From Strigamia acuminata (Eukaryota), in assembly GCA_949358305.1 (NCBI GenBank), contig OX442314.1, positions 19,778,001-19,842,000 on the forward strand: a DNA stretch of 64,000 nucleotides. Reading direction: 5' to 3'. The notes under the pieces are model-generated. The model saw nothing but the letters and a program-made list of their open reading frames with translations, was not told where the DNA came from and ran no database searches. Every line of letters starts with the position of its first letter. The first letter of the stretch is position 1. A program made the translations under genes and the position numbers. Positions 54,481-64,000 of this stretch are shown piece by piece.

Positions 54481-55234
54481 TTAACTACCAAAAACCACAG
54501 ACGCAAAATATTTACGTTTCAAATTGATTTTATTTTTAAAATGCAGTAAAAATGGTGCAGGATGGAAAGAAGAAAAGAAAAAGAAAGAGAAGAAAAGAAA
54601 AGAAAAAGCTTTTTAGTTTGAAAAGCAAAACAAAAAAGAGAAAACAAAAAAAAAAACAAAAAAAAAAAAACCTCATTTTCTTTTGGATAGGTCTTTGTCA
54701 ATTGCTTGAGATTAAAAAGAAATTAAATATTGACTCCACATGCTCTAAATAAACACAGAAGTTTAAAGTTTAATTCCTTTCTTTTTCTCCATCACGGACT
54801 TAATCTGTCGTCTACCGTTAATCTGGTGAATGAACTACAGAAATCCTACGAGCTATGAAGAGCAGCGCGCTCACAAATCACTGACTTTATTACTCGGATT
54901 TGATTTCAACAAAAACGTGAAGAAATAAACCGATTATGGAGATACCAAGAAGTGACAAGATAAGACAAGATTTCATGAAAATGCTGAGCAAATCAATGCA
55001 GCCGCAGATGGGGATAAAGGAAGCGAAAGACAAAAGGATGGAAGAGCAATGCTTCTATCAGAATTTTCAAACAGTTAAAATAGAACCTATGTAATCATTC
55101 AATTTGACTTTTTGAATTTTGTGCTAAAACAAGGAGGATACAAAGGCTTTGCAAAGGATTAAACCCTTATGGTTCAAAAACATATTTTACAAAACACTGC
55201 TTTACACTTAATTCATTAAAAATGTTCATTAAAT

Positions 55235-55415
55235 AATGCATTTCATAATACAATTGAAAAAATTCGTTATGAAATGATATTCACATTTGGCAAATAATAA
55301 TATTAGTGTATTTCATTTCATTAATGCTTTTCATAATTCAATTGAAAAAATTCGTTAAGAAATGGTATACATATTTGACAAATAAAAATATTAGTGCATT
55401 TCATTTCATTAATGC
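55235..55415. repeat. Tandem duplication, 88-bp period, two copies
   Basis: TTTCATAATWCAATTGAAAAAATTCGTTA...ATATTAGTGYATTTCATTTCATTAATGC starts at 55241 and again at 55329. Confidence 0.8.
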
Positions 55416-56280
55416 GTTTACAAAATGTTTTACGGAGTATATTATCAAACCAATAGTATATAGCATGCAAAAATGATCCAGACCAAAAACTCCACTTGAT
55501 ACATAAAACTGGGTTTTAGTCCTATTGTTACACCCATTGAGCGATGATCAGAAATAGTGTCACCTAAATAAATTGATGACTTCATTCCATCATTTATATG
55601 ACACATCTTGAGTATTATACGGATAAGTCAAACGAGTAGTTGTTAGAAATGATTGGCTCGAGTCTTTGTTAGCTCTCTTTCTTAATCCATGGGTTATGAT
55701 TGCTCAATCAAATCAATCGGTTTGGCCTATAGCGCCAGGCCAAATTCGATCGTAAAGTACTGAACACGATACTTACCGATATGATTTTTTCTCCATTATC
55801 GCATAAACACCTACACTTCAATTTTGTCTTGAACGTGTATTCAAGACAGACATTTTGTTTCCTCTTTCAACAACAAAGAAAAAGATAATTCGAAAACAAA
55901 AAAGCACTTTCAAAACACTTTTCAATGCAGATAAAATATTCAAAGGCACAGTTCCACTTCAGGGGTTTATCGGTGTGGCTTACTATGTGATAATTTACTT
56001 CGAATGTAAGTTTTAAGAAGCGAGAAGCTCACAATGGTAGAGAAGTAGCTTGGAAAAAACTGCTATTTGGATTGTGAATCACGGATTAAAAAGAAATGAA
56101 ATGTCATGAATTTCTTTTCTTCGTAAAAGAGCCCGGAAGCCCACCATGAGTGTGCACAAAGATGAATGGTATCGATAGACAAACAAGAAGTGCTCAGAAA
56201 AGTAAAGTCTCAAAAAATACTTAATCTAGTCTGTCATTTAACATTTCCTTTTAAAAAAATTAGGAAAAATATTTAGGCCT

Positions 56281-56652
56281 ACACCATGGTGTTGTATTCG
56301 AGTTTTGCTGAAAATCGCAAGTTTGTAAACAATTCGAATATAACACCACTTCAGTTATAACACCATGGTGTTATATTCGAATACACTCCCACGGTGTTAT
56401 ATTCGAATTTTTGATTGTTTTCGAATACAACACCATGGTGTTATATTTGAATTTTTAGAAAAATATGAAAGAAGTACAGTGTACGCTTCCAAAACGCAAC
56501 CGAAATGTGCACGAAACGTGGATATTTATCTTATTTAACATACACATTTAACACATATTAACAATTTTCCTTTTTTTGCAAAGTTACAGGTCATTTGACG
56601 AATACAACACCATGGTGTTATATTCGAATACAACACCATGGTGTTATATTCG
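56281..56652. repeat. Cluster of 26-bp self-palindromic units (GAATAYAACACCATGGTGTTRTATTC)
   Basis: Exact CACCATGGTG cores at 56282, 56361, 56431, 56608 and 56634, a variant at 56387 and a half-site near 56333-56348. Confidence 0.85.
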
Positions 56653-57851
56653 GGGGAAGACGGTAGCCCCCAAATAAACGCCAAAACGTTAAATATTGTT
56701 TCAGACGCAACCCTAGACATCTATTTGAACCAAGACAATTATTCAAGCCAGGCATTTATTCGAGCAAGGCAATTAACTGTCCAGGCATTTAAAATAGATT
56801 AATTAGAAATAAACTAATTTTTTATGTAATTTTATGCCCTAAACTGTATTTTTACTACAAAATTTAATACTGGTATCTAAATTAAACAAACCGACTAAAA
56901 TTAATGTCTAAATTAATCAAAAAAAAAGAAAACCCGCGTTTTATTAGTAGAAAAATTGTAAAAATCTAATTTCACCAATTTATTCCTCTTTTACAATTTG
57001 GCTGAAAACAGAAAAGCTTATTTTTAGTTCACACCATGACTGAAAACACAATAGTGAAGGCCAATCGAAAATCCCATAATAATAATCTGCAAACAGGATT
57101 ATAGGATATGACACAGGAAGTAGAGTCTAACTCCATATGACACTAAGCAGAAAACACTATGAGATTGGCTGTTAGCGCTTTCAGTTGCTGAATAAGCGAA
57201 AATAAATTCTTCAGCTGGAAATGACATCAAATATTACTGCAAAATCAGTTTCATCGTATTTTCCAGCCATACTCTGCACCAGCCAACGCAGTTGTTTCTG
57301 TTTTAAATTTTCCATGCATGAGTGATGCCATTCATAGCATTCTACAGTTACTGAATACCATCTGCAACTAATAGACATTACTTTCCCCCATAACAGACGA
57401 AATCTCATTTTGGAAATAAATAGAATAGATGTTACTTATTTATTTCAATATTTGTCTCTTCTCGTTCTCTCTCTCTCTCTCTTTTTTATTAGTAATGGCA
57501 ATCCAGCAATTTCTTTCTGGAATACTAAAACAAAAGTCCTTGCTTCAAGTGATAAAACTATAATTATTTTAGTGTACAAAACAAACGAGATACAGTATTT
57601 TAGTCTCATGTGGTTTCCAAGGTGCAATAATAACCAATTTCCAAAACAAGCTGATTTTACACTTTAATAATTAATGATATGGTAAATAAAGTGTGCACCT
57701 GCGTTCCCATTTTTTCAGTGGTTAGAACTTAGAAGATTAATAACCCATGAGAATTTGTTGTTTTCTTAGTAAGCAGTCAAAAAAACATTGCTGAAATTAA
57801 TATTTTATCGTATTTATCAATTATGATACATTAATCGTGTCAATTCTTACG

Positions 57852-57909
57852 TTACAAAATGACTTAATTGACAAGAGTCTTTCTGGTTGTCAATTAAGTC
57901 ATTTTGTAA
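57852..57909. repeat. Perfect 23-bp inverted repeat with 12-nt loop
   Basis: TTACAAAATGACTTAATTGACAA-gagtctttctgg-TTGTCAATTAAGTCATTTTGTAA. Confidence 0.9.
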
Positions 57910-58387
57910 TGAATTATTTTGTTAGGTACGTAATTACTCTTCAAATTGGCTAAGAAAAATCTGTTTTAAGTTGACAAACTCGTTTTCATTTCAGGATATG
58001 ACGTTTTTATGTCATCTTACTTTCGTAGTCCATTTATTTTGCTTAACTTTAGGCAAGGGGTTGTGTCACAACAATGATGTGATTTGCGCATGCTCGGTTA
58101 AACAATCATTCAGATCTCATCTGCGCACCAACCTGCGCATTAGTAGCATTAATATTCATTTAGGAGCATTCAATAAGTCAATTATTTCACCTATTTTTAT
58201 TCATTTAAGCAAACTTTTAGTATTTGCTGAACCAATTTGAATGCACTTATTATTTCTCAGAAAATACAAAGTCAACAAACGTGATTAAGTCTCAGATTTA
58301 TTTCATGAAAAAAGTAACCAAACATCACGTACGATAAAGCAGTATACTTTACCTTCTTTATTTTTTCTTTTGACATTATCTTTTAAA

Positions 58388-59561
58388 ATGGCGTACTTTT
58401 TCGCTATCTTGTTTATGCTTATTCAAATTCAATCATCGGCATTGAAGAAAACTCATCAATTTCTATTCCCACGCCAACAAACATTTTCACACGCTCAACT
58501 TGTCGGAACTATTGATCGCTCACTTGTCGACTTTACTTTATGTTACTGGTCAAGAATCAATACAAACTTACAGGGATACAGAGCTATTTTTTCCTATGCT
58601 GAACCAGAAGTAGACAACAGTATTGCAATTTTTACGTGTGAAAGCGAAAAAGGTACGTCTGAAATACTAACAATAAACCAAAAGACTTGAATTTATTATA
58701 AATATTTTATTACCCTTTGCACATCTTTCGTTGCAACGAAGCCTAATTCTCAAATGTCAACAATATTTAGTCTTGTAACTTAAACATCTCCTAAAATTCT
58801 TAATATACTAAGCAAGCTCACAGAAAAACAGATTTTTAAGGTTAAAACTGATGTGCTAAAATATTTATGACCAACAAGCCCTATTCATCTTTAAAAACTT
58901 CTGCCGTATTACAAACTGTGTTTACAAACAAGAAAAAACTTGCATTGGCTGAACCCATCTCTTAGCAGGTTTTAGTTGTTAAAAATCTGTGACCAATGAG
59001 TTTGAGCCTCGTTTAGAAACCATAGTATTTGATGCATTCATTATTTCACCATATATATGCAAAATTTATTGCAGTTAGATTTTACGTTCATCAAGACCTA
59101 ACTAACGTCACAAAAACGGACGTAGTGCGACATCAATGGCTGCACACCTGTGTTTCATGGTCTGTCGTTGAAGGAAAATGGGAAATTCACATAAACGGGC
59201 GTAGAAAAAACATTGGCTACGGTTTAGCCTTAAAGAAAACTGTTGAGCCTAGTGGCATTGTAATCCTAGGTCAGGATCAAGACACATATGGTGGCGGCTT
59301 TGAATCAAACCAAGCCTTTAAAGGTCAAGTTAGTGAGTTACATCTATGGGATCGCATTCTCACACCAAATGAAAGTATGAAACGTGCTGATGCATTCTCA
59401 AGAGATTAAAAAAAATTTAAATTATCACTTAAGTTTCAGAAGTTCATAATTGCGTTTACACTGAAGAAGGAAATATTATCAGTTGGAATTTAGCAACATG
59501 GAAACTATTTAATGGGACTCAAGTTTCACCAATTAATTTACCTTGCAACGGAGAGAAATAA
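58388..59561 (+). CDS. Secreted short pentraxin 1 (CRP/SAP-like), exons 58388-58652, 59075-59374, 59434-59561; ~230 aa
   Basis: Signal-peptide-like N-terminus, DFTLCYW, IFSYA, pentraxin signature WLHTCVSWS, LGQDQDTYGGGFESNQAFKGQVSELHLWD, GNIISW. Two phase-1 GT-AG introns. Confidence 0.9.
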
Positions 59562-59825
59562 CAAGATTATATAAAGCCTTATGTTCCATATCTCAAATAG
59601 AAATTTTCTAGGAAACCGTCTCGCTGACAACATAAATGAAATGAAATGTAAGCGCATATTTGTTTTCAAAAACCGCCTTGTTATAACTGAAGTCACGGAA
59701 TAAATTGAAAACAACTTTGGGAAAAAAATAAACAAAGTTTTGCTATTTATAAATTAAATTTTCTCACAAAACACACTCGCACCACACACGTTCACCAGTC
59801 AAAAACTGGATCATTTATCTCAAAA

Positions 59826-60655
59826 ATGAATTTCTCCACAATAGTCATTTTTGTGTATTTTACATTTACTTTCGTCTATTCCTTTAAAAAAACTTATCAA
59901 ATCACATTTCCAGACGATGATGCATTACCGTATGCTAAACTCCTTGGCACAATTGATCGTCATTTGAATGATTTTACTTTGTGCCAGTGGAGCAGAATTA
60001 ATAGTAATAATTTCAAAGGCGCAACAATTTCGTATGCAGTTCCTATGCACGATAACGGTATTCTGCTGATGTTTGATCAGAAAAATCAATCAGGTGAGAA
60101 TAAGAAAATTTAAAAAATAGTAATAACAATAGTATTAAATAATCTTTTTACTTTTTAGTATCTTCACTTCAGTTTTATCAAAACAACAACAAAACCGAAT
60201 CGATTAATATAGCAGTTGATAAAAGCAAATGGATTCACACTTGTATCGTTTGGTCGAGTGTAGAAGGATTATGGCAGCTGTACATCAATGGAATAATAAG
60301 GCAAAGTGGAATAGATTTAAGTCCTGATGCAACTGTATCACCTAATGGCGTTTTCATTTTGGGCCAAGACCAAGATTTGGTTGAACAAAATTTTGACAAA
60401 TCACAAGCACATAAAGGGCAAATCAGTGAAGTCAATTTGTGGGATTATCCCATAACATCAACTGACAGTAAAAAACAGTTCCAATTGTATATATTTAATT
60501 ATTAATTATTAATTTCATAACTTATTTCAGTCCAAAATGTGTACAACTGTGAGTACAAAGAAGAAGGCAATGTTATCAGCTGGAACCTTGTAACTTGGTC
60601 TCTGTACAACGGAGCACGAGTATCATTAGTCATTCTACCATGCGGTGAAGAATAA
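59826..60655 (+). CDS. Secreted short pentraxin 2, exons 59826-60093, 60159-60467, 60531-60655; ~233 aa
   Basis: Signal-peptide-like N-terminus, DFTLCQW, ISYA, WIHTCIVWSS, LGQDQDLVEQNFDKSQAHKGQISEVNLWD, GNVISW. Same two phase-1 introns. I translated exons 2-3 manually; they are not in the ORF track. Confidence 0.9.
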
Positions 60656-60951
60656 ACGTTTTTATTTCTTAAACCGAAACAAACTAAAATTGAATCTCTA
60701 TTGTGCAAAAAAAGTTGAAATTATTTCTACAATAAAGTAACATTAAACATTGCTTTTACTCATTTATTAAATAATAGTTATCCATTTTAAAATATCATTT
60801 GACACTGAAATTATCACTTATTACTGATGTATTCATATGACGCTCTGCACTAAATTTTGCTCTGCCAGCTTCTATATTCTCACATTGTAGTTTCCTAACC
60901 TCACATCACAACTCCTAGATTAGATGGCAGCATCTTGAAAACAGTGACAGC

Positions 60952-61113
60952 GGGTCGGGTCGGGTCGGTTTTCCCGTATACAAAACCTGAACTGAATAAA
61001 AACTGAAACTGATTTTTTGTGAACTGAACTGTTACGATTGGAAAAGGTTCAAACTGAAACTGAATTGAAAATAAACTCAGATTTTCTGGTAAAAAATGCA
61101 CTGAAACCACTAG
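60952..61113. repeat. Short GGGTC and AACTGA motif cluster, possible DNA-transposon end remnant
   Basis: (GGGTC)x3 followed by several AACTGA motifs, ending ...CTGAAACCACTA. No partner terminus found. Confidence 0.35.
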
Positions 61114-61924
61114 TCGCGTACACTGTACCCCAGTCGAGGGCACACACATGGCTAAGGCAAACTGAATACAAGTTTAGTGATAAGAGATAACCTCGTAATC
61201 GTGTTATAATATGTGCGGAACGTTACCATGACGTCGGGTTTAACTGGCAAAAAAAAATCATGGCTCATATGGAAGCATGCGCGGGTGGGCGAACATAACC
61301 ACCTTGAGTTATGACTGCTAATACAATCACGATGGGCAGCATGACCATGTCACAGGCTGACAGGCAAAACTTACTGCGAAAAGTAATTTTCTAGTTTGAC
61401 TTGCGAACAGAAAAATTCTAAAACATGCTACGCCAAAACAGAAATGGACCCCAACCTTATAGCTACAATGTTACAGGTGCAATCAATTTGCGAAAGCAAA
61501 GACAAATTTTTCCTTTTCCTTCTTGACGTAAAAACACGTCATCGATTCTAAAAGAAAACTGGCAAAACGTAGCAATCGGGTCACATTCAAAATGTTTGTT
61601 CTTATCATGAAAACGTTGGTGATGCACATTTCATTTAACAATATGACACATGCACATGCGCAGATCGTGTCACTAAAATTCTCTTTTGGATGAAGTGTTG
61701 TACGTCATTTCCGGTGTCCAAAAAGAAAAAAAAGAAAAATTTGTCTTTCCTTTCGCAAATTGAAAGCACCTGTAGAGGTTGGTAGCCAAAGGATGTGCAT
61801 GTGCTTCCATTTAAATGCGCATCAAAAGAGGCTACATTTGTAATACGATACATACGGTTCTTATCTTATGTTGTCTCAATTTAAATTCTGGTAGATATCA
61901 ATACATTTCCCAAGCAACAGAAAA

Positions 61925-62737
61925 ATGAAGTGGATTCTAGTTTTAGTTTACCTTTCTAGCGTCAACCCCTTAACGAGAAGATATCAACTTACTTTTCCAG
62001 GTGGAGACACGTATTCTTATGCCAAACTTTATGGAACAATTGATCGTCCACTAAATGACTTTACTTTATGCCACTGGTCAAGGACAAATGTTAACAATGA
62101 ACAACATGCAGCTGTTTTTTCTTACGCCGAAAATGACATCAATCATAACAGCATTTTAACTTTCCTAAGACATAACCAAGGTAAAAACAAACTCCTCTTT
62201 GACGCAACTAACATTTTTAAAAAAAACTGTAAACTTTAGCAATAGAGTTTTATCGAGGTTCGATGTTAAGCAATATTACAACAAAACTTTCAAGCGCTGA
62301 TTGGATTCACACTTGTTTTACGTGGTCTATAATTGGAAACAGTTATCAAGTCTTTGTCAATGGTATAAAAGTTGACAACGGTACTAAAACCATCTTTGCA
62401 AAAACACAAGTTCAACCAAATGGAGTAGTCATTTTGGGTCAAGAACAAGACGCCCCAGAAAAATTATTTCATATGATGCAGGCACTTACTGGACAAATAA
62501 GTGAACTTCATCTATGGGATTACATCCTTGCACCATTTAGAAGTATACCAATTAAAACAATTAACTATACAATTATTTTATAACATATTCCTTTTCTTAC
62601 CAAAAATAGTTGATCAAGTTTTCAGCTGCTCCAACCACCAAGAAGGTAACATTATAGCCTGGAATCAAGCCACATGGGCTCTTTATAATGGTACAAGAAT
62701 TTCACCAGTCGATTTACCATGTGGCAACCCGCAGTAA
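61925..62737 (+). CDS. Secreted short pentraxin 3, exons 61925-62180, 62240-62542, 62610-62737; ~228 aa
   Basis: Short hydrophobic N-terminus, DFTLCHW, VFSYA, WIHTCFTWS, LGQEQDAPEKLFHMMQALTGQISELHLWD, GNIIAW. Same intron positions and phases as the paralogues; the second donor GTATAC is weak. Confidence 0.88.
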
Positions 62738-63268
62738 CTCTTAAAGTTATTTAAAAAATTCACAAACATTTTCGTATATCAGTAATTCATATTTTAAACG
62801 ATGTTAAGAACCATAAAGACTTATATTATAATAAAAAAAACAAAACCAAAACTAAATCCTAAGATGCTCATTTTATCAGCTCCAAGTTCGGCAGTCGATC
62901 AGAATGATTAAAACTATTTCACAATACCAATAATGGGTAAAAAATTACTTCACATTTGTGCTTCATTGAAATAAAGTTATTGTGTGTTTCCTTTTTTAAT
63001 AGCCATGCATTTTCATTTCTGACCGAGTTTACATTAACATAATTTTTAGCTTTAACTAAACAATCTTTTTCCTAATCTGTGACCTATCAGTAGCAGACAA
63101 GTTTCATCACACGTAGTTGGCCAGGTAATCTCAACGTAGCCAGGGGAAAAGAGGAAATATTATTTGTCTCCATTTTTTTTTTACATCATTACCATAATTT
63201 AAAATTTAAAATTTAATTCTAGAATTTAATTGAAGTTTTATCTTAATTTGATATCTTTTCATCCTTGA

Positions 63269-63977
63269 AGGTCAAGTGCATCGAGTGGAATTTTTACATT
63301 TTCTGAAAGCCGTAATAAAAAAACTGTTGTGTATCCGATTTAGCCATTTTGAATCTTGTCGTGAATTATATTAAACAAATGCAACAATTATCCATTGAAA
63401 GTAGCTAGGCTTTCTATTGCCTAGCAACCGGTTTTAATTGCTCAATAAATCTTGATCTGTGTAGACGTCTTCTTTGGGCCACAGTCCTAACATGGCCTAA
63501 CATGTCCTTTCCAATGAGGCCTATTTGTGATCTGGCTAAGAAGTAGCATTTCCATCAACAATACAAAAACAAATAATCATTGGAGAAAATTAAATTGTTG
63601 TAGTAATTATTTTATAATAACAATCCAAAAACAGTAGTTAACAAAAAAACGATGCATGATGGTTGCAGACTTTTTTCCCTGCGTCATCAGTTCATATCAG
63701 ACAGTCATGCACATCCTGTCATTTAAAAAGAGTAGATTAGTTGAGGTCAGACATCTTGGATCCACCCAAATTTAAGAACGGGATCTAGGTCAAATAAATT
63801 TCAGAACTGACTACGTCATGATCCATCACGCATTTCTTTTTGTTTCCTACATTTTTGTATTACGGTATTACTATAAAATAAGTACCGTAACAATTTAAAT
63901 TTTTTCCTGATGATTATTGGTTTTTTTTATTGTGGGCTTTCAGAAAATGTAAAAATCCCACTCAGTGCACTTGACCT
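63269..63977. mobile_element. Second non-autonomous Kolobok-like element (~709 bp, ~50-bp TIRs)
   Basis: TTGA|AGGTCAAGTGCATCGAGTGGAATTTTTACATTTTCTGAAAGCC ... GGCTTTCAGAAAATGTAAAAATCCCACTCAGTGCACTTGACCT|TTAA. The left TSD carries one substitution. Confidence 0.78.
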
Positions 63978-64000
63978 TTAAATATTCCTTTACTCAATCT

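Noticed and set aside
54552..54752. Lys/Arg-rich 66-aa ORF
   Set aside because: Translation of an A-rich low-complexity tract.
56281..56652. CRISPR-like array (palindromic ~26-bp repeats with spacers)
   Set aside because: Eukaryotic context, no cas genes, and spacers are irregular (0 to >140 nt) with several units directly adjacent.

Overview
AT-rich eukaryotic genomic DNA with spliceosomal introns. An invertebrate, probably a non-insect arthropod, is my inference from gene content. Three main blocks. (1) A three-exon Golgi-type class II alpha-mannosidase gene (GH38; + strand, CDS 3498-3887, 30589-30761, 31737-34521, ~1115 aa). Its 26.7-kb first intron carries many MITE-like inverted-repeat elements. 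(2) A complete 13,740-bp Ty3/Gypsy LTR retrotransposon on the - strand (37967-51706). It has two 1678-bp LTRs, an AGCT target-site duplication, a tRNA-Gln-type PBS, a PPT, gag with one in-frame TGA, an A-AAA-AAC plus hairpin -1 frameshift signal, and pol (PR-RT-RH-IN) broken by a small deletion. In the position normally held by env there is an intact ~620-codon extra ORF that is not env-like. It begins right after a splice acceptor and encodes a basic, probably nuclear protein with a CxxCxGxG...CxxC zinc-finger-like module and a VIDLT SUMO-interaction-like motif. This accessory gene is the best candidate for something undescribed. The element also has a non-canonical TA...CA LTR boundary and a ~290-bp patch holding ~22 of the ~25 LTR-LTR differences. 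(3) Three tandem three-exon secreted short-pentraxin (CRP/SAP-like) genes at 58388-62737 with divergent ligand-binding loops. All calls are by eye; no database searches were run.
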